Below, one piece after another: positions 1 through 8,181 of a stretch of DNA of 32,000 nucleotides. Within the stretch, counting starts at the first letter, position 1; each line of letters starts with the position of its first letter. Below the pieces are notes generated by a model. It did no database searches and had not been told where the DNA came from. It worked only from the letters and a program-made list of their open reading frames with translations. Origin of the DNA: Paramicrosporidium saccamoebae KSL3 (lineage: Eukaryota; Fungi; Cryptomycota); the NCBI GenBank assembly GCA_002794465.1, contig MTSL01000189.1, positions 13,440 through 45,439 of the forward strand, written 5' to 3'. The position numbers and the translations under genes are program-made.

Positions 1-329
1 TTGATATCCTCGATTCCGCCCTCCTTCGTCCCGGTCGCATTGACCGCAAAATCGAATTCCCCGCCCCCAACACTGATGCCCGCGTTGAAATCCTCAAGAT
101 TCATTCTCGTCGCATGAACCTTGCCCGCGGCATTGATTTGCGTTCCGTGGCAGAAAAACTGCTAAACGCCAGCGGTGCCGAGGTCAAGGGTGTCTGTACC
201 GAGGCCGGAATGTTTGCCCTGAGGGAGCGTCGGGTGCATGTGACACAAGAAGACTTTGAAATGGCCGTTGCCAAGGTCATGAAGAAGGATTCCGATGCCA
301 ACATGTCCATCAAAAAATTGTTCAAGTAG
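1..329 (+). CDS. RPT6: 26S proteasome AAA-ATPase subunit Rpt6/PSMC5, 3' part (5' end outside the window)
   Basis: The frame from nt 3 is open to TAG at 327-329. It reads [20 protein letters not shown]...[36 protein letters not shown]...NMSIKKLFK, the Rpt6-specific C-terminus. Confidence 0.95.
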   Translation, partial: DILDSALLRPGRIDRKIEFPAPNTDARVEILKIHSRRMNLARGIDLRSVAEKLLNASGAEVKGVCTEAGMFALRERRVHVTQEDFEMAVAKVMKKDSDANMSIKKLFK

Positions 330-452
330 TGTCTAATAAACCCGATCTGATTGGTGCGCGTATGCAACAATTGAGGATTCCATTGGTGCCTGTATATTGG
401 TTTGGTGCTTATACGAGACCACGAACACGATCACAATCATTACTTTTCTGGA

Positions 453-1634
453 ATGAAGAGCGCTTTGTGGATTGCAATGCTTGGAGGCCTATGTATGGCC
501 AGCGATACTGAAGATGACACCATGGTACGATTCGGTATATACTAACTTGCATAGTCCTTTGATATGTTTCTTGACAAATGGAGTTACACCGCCGTGAGAA
601 CGTCGCAGCATCAAGAGCTTGCACAGGACTACGAAAAGGTCAGGAATTATGTAAATATGCATCTCCACATGGCCGATCCTGTGAGTCTCATGCAGGCAGT
701 CGTTAAAGAGTCTATTGAATACGAGACGCCCATTGACGCCTACACTCTGGGCTGGACCTGGCATCCGAACTATTCAATGTGCGAGGATGAGTCCCGAGCC
801 GCTGCGCAGCTCGTGTCACACATGCTGCAAAAATCGAAATTTAATGTCAACAAGCTCCTAGAAATTGCCAGCACCCTGCGATGCACCCTCCTTCCCGAGC
901 ACGATGTGACTGCCAGTCTTCTCTACCAGGCAATGGATGTCCCTCTAAAGGATAAAAAACTATTGGGAATCATGGCGCCGGATAGTTCAAGGATGGCAAA
1001 ACGGGCTCTCGAGGTCCTGCAGAAGCTCTACCCCCATAAACAAACCAGATCACTACAGGCAAGTCTTTACTCTGTATTAATCTCGTAGTATTACCTGGCT
1101 GCCATTCGAGCCCATATGCTAGCTGGAATGCGTGAAAGTGCCGTCCACACCTTAGTGGAGGGCTATCCACGCTTTCAGGGCGACCCTCGATATCAGGAAG
1201 AGTTGCTCCATTTATGCAAGTCGGATCTGTCGCTCAGTGCAGACACTATGACATTTCAAATTATCAACAGAGTGGGGTATAAGCGGGTTAACCAAGTGCC
1301 AGCAGACATACAAGGTGCCATCCACAATATTCTATCGTTGGCAGTCGCCAAGCGTATGAGGGATGTCCATGAGCTTATGCCCAAAGAGACTCGTCGACTT
1401 GTATCTCAGGGCGCCTCTGGCAGAGATTCCAAACGAAACGAAAATATTGACACGCTACTGGATGTCTTTGAAATGGTCGCCTGCACCCTGGAGAACATCA
1501 TAGATGACATTTATGCGGCACTGTCCAGTGCCCAGAAGCAAAAACGAAAGCTCGATATATGTGCAGTGATGGCCGTCGATCAGTCCGAAATAGTCTGTTC
1601 CCTCTGTGAGGCCACGGGGGAGTGTCAGCAATAA
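453..1634 (+). CDS. Orphan secreted protein, about 373 aa; join(453..524,555..1058,1089..1634)
   Basis: ATG453 gives the signal-peptide-like MKSALWIAMLGGLCMA-SDTEDD. Track ORFs 564..1088 and 1116..1634 are in the same frame, and two 30-nt introns join all three exons without a stop. No family recognised. Confidence 0.75.
525..554 (+). other. Spliceosomal intron, 30 nt, GT-AG
   Basis: GTACGA...TACTAAC(branch)TTGCATAG; phase 0; contains an in-frame stop. Confidence 0.85.
1059..1088 (+). other. Spliceosomal intron, 30 nt, non-canonical GC-AG
   Basis: CAG|GCAAGT...TATTAAT...TAG|. It removes the only stop between two same-frame ORFs, and its length matches the other introns. Confidence 0.7.
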
Positions 1635-1982
1635 AAGATCATTGATATGCTAAAGTCGTTTATTGTCGCGTAGTGGGGATAATACCACAGACCGAGTAAT
1701 GTGGGAACCCGTTCATTGTTAATCCAAGGGCCCTTTTACAGTCTCGAAAATAACGAAATAATCCCAAAATGGTAAAAATATGAACCCCATCATCTTTCAT
1801 CGATTGTTCCAAATATGTCTTTTCCAAACTAGGCAATTATCTTCAAACACCCAACTAATTAACCCTCTATATCACACTGGTGGTTGATAAAGGCGCCTTT
1901 AATAGAGATTTACTTTTGCTTGCTAGCATTGGCTTCACTTACAAAGCCTTATTTTTCAGCTGGATAGGGTCGCATTTACTAT

Positions 1983-2482
1983 TCAAGGAAACGGTCCTCC
2001 CCTTCCACCGCCAGGTGGTAATCTCGATTGAGCCGGGTTCCAGCCGGGATTGAGTGAATTCGATCCACCCGGCAGAGCTAACTCGTCGGGATCAGGTTCA
2101 CCCCTATATAAAATGAGCTGAGATGGCCATGTGTACGATGGATGCTTGGGGGACATGGGAGTGATAGGATCGAACCGAGCCTGCGGCGGCACGGCACCTC
2201 TACAGCTGCATAAAATACAAAGTTTCATGCGTACGGTGGGAGAAATTCAGGCCCTGCTGGTCGGGTGGGATGCGACTGTGGATCGAACATGGGATGTTCT
2301 GGTCCGATTATCATTCCCCCGGAGGATTCCGGTTGTCCCAAGGCAGGCCCCTTGTCGTCTTGTCCGATAGATACTGGGAACTTTGGTGTGCTATGTTTCT
2401 TGTCGGCGCTTCCGCCCTTGCCAAATGGTGGGGGAAGCTCTCCTTCCCCATCGTCACGTCCGAAAGGATTCTGTTTCTCCAT
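1983..2482 (-). CDS. PI31/Fub1-like proteasome inhibitor, about 143 aa, C-terminal Pro/Gly-rich region only; complement(join(1983..2103,2137..2199,2235..2482))
   Basis: Motifs GGMIIGPEHPMF, LPPGAVPPQARFDPI (rebuilt across the intron) and GEPDPDEL match the conserved PI31 C-terminal motifs. Confidence 0.85.
2104..2136 (-). other. Probable 33-nt in-frame intron without a stop codon
   Basis: The minus strand reads GTACAC...CTCAT...TATAG. Removal gives PKHPS-GEPDPDEL. Confidence 0.6.
2200..2234 (-). other. Spliceosomal intron, 35 nt, GT-AG
   Basis: The minus strand reads GTACGC...CTGTAG. Removal joins EFLP-P-GAVPPQARFDP and restores the PI31 motif across a frame change. Confidence 0.9.
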
Positions 2483-2685
2483 AATGTCGTAGCTGGACCA
2501 ATCACAAAAGCCCCTTGACTAAATACCATTTCCCTCTTAAACTGTACTACAAATTCCCAAACCTGGGATAAGAAATTGGTATATTAACTTTAAGAGAGTA
2601 CATCATGGTCCAGGAATATGGATAATGTGATAATTTTAACCTCTCAATACCGACTTATATTTATCAACTCGTATAGACCCTTGTA

Positions 2686-3561
2686 ATGATCCGAAATGTC
2701 TCGGCACATCTTTATATCCTCACCCACACTCGCTCATACTCCAACTCGCCGCCGGTTATGCAACGGATGCAACGCGGCTTGCCAACAAAAAAACCCATCC
2801 AAGGTGTAGCAAATATCTTGCTGGTTGCTAGTGGAAAGGGCGGGGTCGGAAAATCCACCGTTGCCGTCAATTTGGCCACTGCATTCTCCAGGCTGGGTCG
2901 ACGTGCCGGGTTGCTGGATGCAGACCTCTTTGGACCATCGGTTCCACGGATGATGAACCTCCATGCACAAGTGGAGACTCGCAATGGCCTTTTAGTGCCA
3001 TTGACAAATTATGGGGTCAAATGCATGTCAATGGGATTTCTCATTGGCGACACAGCGCCGGTGGTTTGGAGAGGTCTGATGGTAATGAAGGCCCTTGAAC
3101 AGCTCATTCGGCAGGTGCATTGGGCACCATTGGATATTTTAGTAGTGGACATGCCGCCCGGCACTGGTGATACGCAGCTCAGCCTTTCCCAACTGTTACC
3201 TGTCGCAGGTGCAATCATTGTGTCCACTCCCCAAGATGTCGCCGTAGCAGATGCCCGCAAAGGAGTGGAAATGTTTCGCAAGGTTGGCATTCCCATCATA
3301 GGAATTATTAAGAACAAGAGCCGCTTTGAATGTCCCAAATGTCGGGAATGTACCACAATATACAGCACTGGTCCGGCGCGCAGTTTCGAGCAGCTCCTGA
3401 CCGAACAGCAAATCAGTCTTTTAGCTGACATTCCCATTGATCCGGCTATTTCTACTGACGGAGACACGGGGACACCCGTTGTAGTGCGGGATCCCACCTC
3501 AGTGGCGGCTCAAGAATATCTTTGCACTGCCCAAACGATCATAGAGAGATTAAATGTATGA
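2686..3561 (+). CDS. IND1: Mitochondrial Mrp/NBP35-family P-loop Fe-S assembly ATPase Ind1/NUBPL
   Basis: It carries SGKGGVGKST, LLDADLFGPS, CMSMGFL, VVWRGLMVMKAL, DMPPGTGDTQL and STPQD, plus a CPKC motif. The basic/hydroxylated presequence followed by RGLPTKKPI is typical of Ind1 rather than cytosolic Nbp35/Cfd1. Confidence 0.9.
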   Translation: MIRNVSAHLYILTHTRSYSNSPPVMQRMQRGLPTKKPIQGVANILLVASGKGGVGKSTVAVNLATAFSRLGRRAGLLDADLFGPSVPRMMNLHAQVETRNGLLVPLTNYGVKCMSMGFLIGDTAPVVWRGLMVMKALEQLIRQVHWAPLDILVVDMPPGTGDTQLSLSQLLPVAGAIIVSTPQDVAVADARKGVEMFRKVGIPIIGIIKNKSRFECPKCRECTTIYSTGPARSFEQLLTEQQISLLADIPIDPAISTDGDTGTPVVVRDPTSVAAQEYLCTAQTIIERLNV

Positions 3562-3605
3562 AATAGTTGTGTTAGACAGTATCCTCTAATGATTATTTGT
3601 GTCAT

Positions 3606-3809
3606 ATAGTCATCTCTGCCAAACAGTCAACCCTTATAGTCATCTCTGTTAAACAGTTAACCCTTATAGTCATCTCTGTTAAACAGTTAACCCTTATAGT
3701 CATCTCTATTAAACAGTTAATCCTTATAGTCATCTCCGTCAAACAGTCAACCCCTATAGTCATCTCTGTTAAATAGTTAACCCTTATTTATAGTCATCCC
3801 TGTTAGATA
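3606..3809. repeat. 30-bp minisatellite, 6 full copies plus 1 partial; consensus ATAGTCATCTCTGTTAAACAGTTAACCCTT
   Basis: Units start at 3606, 3636, 3666, 3696, 3726 and 3756, then at 3790 after a 4-nt insertion. The array lies between convergent genes. Confidence 0.97.
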
Positions 3810-3908
3810 TCTATCTCACTATCACCCCCCTATCCGTACTACCCCACTGACCCGATTATCCCACAATCCAATTCCGTCATATAGAGAAAAGTGTCACGCA
3901 CTTAAACC

Positions 3909-5414
3909 TCATCTCTCAGTTTCAATATGGTCCGAGTCAACCAGCTGTCGCAGATCTTGAATGCTAAATAGACGCATAATTTGCAAGTTCATGATTATCA
4001 TCTTAATCGCCTCTGGGTAGTCTGGAAACTTGGTAGCAAAAAAGTTTGTCCATGTTTCGTCTGCCGAGATACGATGAAACAGCTTGCCAAAAGGCCTTTT
4101 TTCGCTTCGCGAAATGAGATATGCCCATGAGACGAATATGGTCGTCAGTTTCGATCCATCAATCGATCCATTTGACACAATGGTTGCAGTCTCTTTGAGG
4201 ATTATCTCGTCAAGGTCAACTCCTTTGATCGACATATTAAGAGGGATGACAGCATTTAATGCGAGACTCAAAACTAGACTGGTAAGACCCACTCTCCCGT
4301 AAGTAGTGTTTAGAGTTTGAATCGTTCTGGCGTCAACGCAGCTCACAGGACCCTTTCGCAACCAGAAGAGACGTCGAAAGGAGAGATCCCGACACCGGTC
4401 TGGCAAATATGTCTCGGGTAACGAGAACCTTGAATCGAACGAGTCCATTTTTGATTTAAAGTAGACTGGCGCAATATACCTGGGGATGGCGTTTTGCAAG
4501 ACGGAAAACACGGCTTCTTGAGTGCTTTCAGCTGCATCCTCCCAATAAACAAGCCTGCTAAGGTATAAAAGCGCACCGTAGAGGGATCTATGCGCATGTT
4601 CCGGTTCAAGTTCCATCAGCCTTTTCAGTAGTACGAACTGGACATTATTTTTGGGATCGTCGCCAGTGACTTTCGACAAAGCATCCTGAAATGATTGCTT
4701 TATCAACTCATCCACATTCTCCGTCGACTCAAGCAAGGCACTCGCAGAGACACAACGCAAAACAATCTCCAAATTGCTTTTAGAATCAATGTTAAGCAGT
4801 CTCTTGATAAATTCTAGCCCGACTTTGCTTGGTAAAGTGCTATACAAGTACGTTATGAAAACAGGATTCAGGTCGCACTCAAATATGAGATCAAAAAGAT
4901 GCCAGAGCTCCTCATCAGTCGAGGCGTCGCCAATGGCAATCTCCCAGAATGAAAAACGCGACATGCTACCCAGTCTATTGCTCGCCATCTTCCACAACTG
5001 CATCTTTTGTTGAGAGTCTAGCTGACAGGGTACGGAATCTTCATACTTCAACCCTTCCCAAAAGTCCCCGGCATACTCAATGCCGGACACGGCCTCCAAG
5101 AGCTGCGGATACATCCGGAGCACTTTTACACCAAACAAAGTGTTGTGGAGGGACGAATCCTCCACTAGAAGGAGTAGCTGATCTGCTTGGTCACGAGTTG
5201 GCCGGTAGGCAGTGAGCATGTTGCGTTCAGGATATGCGAGGATCGAAGCAACTATCAACGCGCTTTCAGTCGTGAATCTGACCGCCTTTAACATTACCAT
5301 TAGTGCCGGGTTTTCAATAGTACGACTCAGCTGGCGGATTGAAAACTCTACGTTAAGTGCCAGTCCAAAAATGAGAAGGGATAATACCCAGAACCATATT
5401 TGTGGGCATGACAT
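3909..5414 (-). CDS. Secreted family A protein A1, about 501 aa
   Basis: The probable start is ATG5414 (MSCPQIWFWVLSLLIFGLA, signal peptide). It shares blocks with A2-A5: YLP, RRxFW, PLN, SWAYL, FGKLF and LF(S/T)xxE/DLRxL(V/I)D. Confidence 0.85.
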   Translation of the reverse strand: MSCPQIWFWVLSLLIFGLALNVEFSIRQLSRTIENPALMVMLKAVRFTTESALIVASILAYPERNMLTAYRPTRDQADQLLLLVEDSSLHNTLFGVKVLRMYPQLLEAVSGIEYAGDFWEGLKYEDSVPCQLDSQQKMQLWKMASNRLGSMSRFSFWEIAIGDASTDEELWHLFDLIFECDLNPVFITYLYSTLPSKVGLEFIKRLLNIDSKSNLEIVLRCVSASALLESTENVDELIKQSFQDALSKVTGDDPKNNVQFVLLKRLMELEPEHAHRSLYGALLYLSRLVYWEDAAESTQEAVFSVLQNAIPRYIAPVYFKSKMDSFDSRFSLPETYLPDRCRDLSFRRLFWLRKGPVSCVDARTIQTLNTTYGRVGLTSLVLSLALNAVIPLNMSIKGVDLDEIILKETATIVSNGSIDGSKLTTIFVSWAYLISRSEKRPFGKLFHRISADETWTNFFATKFPDYPEAIKMIIMNLQIMRLFSIQDLRQLVDSDHIETER

Positions 5415-5425
5415 GTTCTGGTGTG

Positions 5426-5431
5426 CCCCGG
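5426..5431 (-). promoter_or_regulatory. CCGGGG start-proximal motif
   Basis: 11 nt upstream of ATG5414. Confidence 0.55.
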
Positions 5432-5867
5432 CCATTAATTGATTAAAATCATCCATTGTGATGTGTCCCAAGTTGCAAAACAGAAATGAAGGATTAAGTC
5501 TTGTAGCCCCGGCACTTGGCTAACCTAGCTAGAGAAGTGCCACGCACCCTATCAATGCTATCTAAAATGGACAGGGATGGAGCTTTTATTGGTGAATTGC
5601 AGGCCATTTGATACTCCTCTCAGTACCATGCCAATACATGTGCGCGGCATTATCACCCCCTCCCTCAATAATTGGCTCGTTCTCGGCAATATAAATAGCG
5701 ATCAATTTGTAATGTGGAGGATTGATTATCTTATCTGGGTATTTAAGGACGGCGAGATGTGTATCTATACTATTATAGGATTAGCAGTAAATAATCCCCC
5801 CCTTTCCCGTTTCTTCCCGCCTGACAAAGCCCGTGGCATTACCCCCACTACGTGACAATTCATTACA

Positions 5868-6342
5868 CTATACATTGCTGGCTTGTGTTATGACACTATC
5901 CTGCCGCTTCGGCACTTTCCACAGATGCAACAGCCAGGCGAACCCGCGGTATTCGGCAAATAAGAGACCAAACGCCAATACAATGCACACACTTCCTGTC
6001 AATTGACTAACCAACTGCATTTCTTCACCGGTCCACCACATCAACGCTATATATGCGCCGCCCATTAGAAATAGCAAGAGACTCGTCTACGCGTTAGGGT
6101 TGAAGGAATGGTACGAAAAGTCGTTCGAGGGGAGTAATGTGGGGACGCGCAGACCAGCCCAACAAAAGGAGCGTAGCAACAGGCAGTGCAATCTGCAAAT
6201 TGACCCGCAACAAGGAAGGCTCGCCATGTGCCAGCCAGAGCATGTACTCCCCAAGTAGGTGTTGGAAGAAATATGTCAATATGGCAAAGCCAACAATTGA
6301 GTGGATGAGCACAGCTGGTCGGTTCCAAATGTATCCTGCCAT
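5868..6342 (-). CDS. Small multi-pass membrane protein, about 148 aa; complement(join(5868..6086,6115..6342))
   Basis: Two hydrophobic ORFs are joined in frame by a 28-nt intron, giving about 4 hydrophobic segments. No family recognised. Confidence 0.7.
6087..6114 (-). other. Spliceosomal intron, 28 nt, GT-AG
   Basis: The minus strand reads GTACCA...CCCTAAC(branch)GCGTAG. Confidence 0.85.
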
Positions 6343-6456
6343 GTCAACAGTAGCATGCTAGCTGCTATTATAAGGCGGCAATCATGTGATACCCATCTTG
6401 GGATCCCAAAAAGCCACCACTAATTAAATAACAAGTTTGCCAGGCCATGGGCCGGG

Positions 6457-8049
6457 ATGGGCTCGATGAAGGATGAAGGGTTCGGGGCCTTTGAAAAGAC
6501 TACCAAGGGATTTGGGATGAAGATGCTTTTGAAGATGGGCTACAAGATGGGCAGTGGGTTGGGAAAAGAGGGCGAAGGGATCATTAACCCAATAGAGGTA
6601 AAGCTGCGCGCACGGAATACCGGGCTCGGTTTTGACGATAAACGCGACGCAGAGCCGAGGCTTGCAGGTTCGAGAGTGGCAGAGTCTCAAACCAAACGCA
6701 AAGTATCTTGGAGGAGGAGGGAGGAATCCTCACCCAGTGAGGAAGAGTATGATGACACACCAAAGTCGGTACCAACAAAAATATACGATTACACTGGCTC
6801 GGCTGTACGTGAACTTTCCTCGCTGGCCGAGATGCACTCTATTTCCCAAGTGGAGATTGTGCGTTTTCCAGAACTGCGACATAACATTACATTACTGATT
6901 AGTATGGCAATGCGGGAGGTACAGACTGCAAAAGGTGGCAGACAGAATGAAGAATACACCTCAAATAGACTGGCCGAGGAGCATCTCAGACTTGGTGGCG
7001 AGTTATTGCAATTAGAGACAAAGAGGGAAGAATTGGCCACCCTCAAAAAATTACTGTATAGGGCCACAGAGTTGCCAGGAAAGGACTCTGAGGAATATTT
7101 TAGTTGGACTGAAAAAGCCATGTCCTTTATGGATGACAATCTTCATTTGACAGAAAACCGTCTATTAGCAAGCGGTGCTATAGTGGGTGCCTTTACCCCC
7201 ATTTTCCGCAATTTTGAAATCACAGACAGAGAATTTTTGGAAAAGATGCAACGACTCTTCCGCATGTCCAGTGTGGGAAAGTATTTTAGTCCCGTGGATC
7301 AGCTGATAGTGACGCTGGTGATTCCCAAACTTCGCAGTGCACTTTTGGAAAGTCTTCAGTATTGTGAATCATCGCAGCAAGGTGCTGACTTGCTGACCAA
7401 GTGGGTCCCATTGATGGCTGATGCCGTGATGGATCAGCTATATTCAGTGACACTACTTCCTGCTCTAGAGCGGATTTTAGATGGCTGGGATCCGAGACGG
7501 ATCGCTCTCCACATTTGGCTACTCCCATGGTTGTCCTGTCTTGCTCCATATTTTGCCAAGGAAAGAAATTGCGACTCTCGAGATGCATTCTACACTGCCC
7601 TTAGGAGGAAGCTTCTTTTGTGTTTGCAACAAGTGCAAGACCCTCTGAGCCAGGGCGAAATGCTTTCGTATTGGAAGCCGCCGGTGCTGCCGAAACGGGA
7701 ATTTGACGTTCTGGTTGGTCGCGGCATCCTCCCCCATATTGAGGCACGTCTTGAGCACGATCTGATAATTGATCCGACGAATCAGGACATATCGCTTCTT
7801 CACCAGGCGATCAGTTGGAACAATATCATCGAATCTGCCGTATTGGCTCCCTATATAGAGCGGCCGCTGTTTGCCAAGCTCAAACGTGTGCTTTACGACT
7901 GGATGACTAGCAGTGGAGCGGATCTTGACGAAATCACCCAATGGTATCTCGCATGGAAGTCGCTCTTCCCTGCCGAGCTGTCCGAATCGCTTCAGCCGGG
8001 ATTTGAAGAATTGTTAGAGATGATGAACACACTTTTAGATGAACAGTAA
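6457..8049 (+). CDS. SPP382: TFIP11/Spp382(Ntr1) G-patch plus GCFC spliceosome-disassembly factor, shortened
   Basis: G-patch FEKTTKGFGMKMLLKMGYKMGSGLGKEGEGIINPIE; PELRHNITLLI; LHIWLLPWL; C-terminal EITQWYLAWKSLF. Confidence 0.9.
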   Translation: MGSMKDEGFGAFEKTTKGFGMKMLLKMGYKMGSGLGKEGEGIINPIEVKLRARNTGLGFDDKRDAEPRLAGSRVAESQTKRKVSWRRREESSPSEEEYDDTPKSVPTKIYDYTGSAVRELSSLAEMHSISQVEIVRFPELRHNITLLISMAMREVQTAKGGRQNEEYTSNRLAEEHLRLGGELLQLETKREELATLKKLLYRATELPGKDSEEYFSWTEKAMSFMDDNLHLTENRLLASGAIVGAFTPIFRNFEITDREFLEKMQRLFRMSSVGKYFSPVDQLIVTLVIPKLRSALLESLQYCESSQQGADLLTKWVPLMADAVMDQLYSVTLLPALERILDGWDPRRIALHIWLLPWLSCLAPYFAKERNCDSRDAFYTALRRKLLLCLQQVQDPLSQGEMLSYWKPPVLPKREFDVLVGRGILPHIEARLEHDLIIDPTNQDISLLHQAISWNNIIESAVLAPYIERPLFAKLKRVLYDWMTSSGADLDEITQWYLAWKSLFPAELSESLQPGFEELLEMMNTLLDEQ

Positions 8050-8181
8050 ACATTGTAGATCGATCGAGTCTATATTTGGATATTAAAGCCATGGACCAAT
8101 AGAATGGCTACGTGCCCTGGCAGCCAAGTGCCGCACCAAACCGCCCGTCTGCCCGCCAGAGTTGAGTTATAGACTGATAGA

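Noticed and set aside
329-511. 60-aa ORF overlapping the RPT6 stop
   Set aside because: It has a GTG start and is out of frame with the better-supported exon starting at ATG453.
1089-1098. U1 snRNA 5' end-like TATTACCTGG
   Set aside because: It is an imperfect match inside a coding exon, with no U1 stem-loops or Sm site recognised.
1729-1740. U5 snRNA loop I-like CCTTTTAC
   Set aside because: The context is GCCCTTTTAC (extra C) and there is no flanking stem.
1-2482. Functional clustering of RPT6 and PI31 (and of NOP4 and UTP11)
   Set aside because: Unrelated genes separate them, and chance proximity is likely in a gene-dense genome without synteny data.
2686-3561. Bacterial Mrp/ApbC gene or a prokaryotic origin for the window
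   Set aside because: It is flanked by proteasome, spliceosome and nucleolar genes and by spliceosomal introns, and the N-terminus is Ind1-like.
3606-3809. CRISPR array
   Set aside because: The units are directly adjacent with no unique spacers, there are no cas genes, and the context is eukaryotic.
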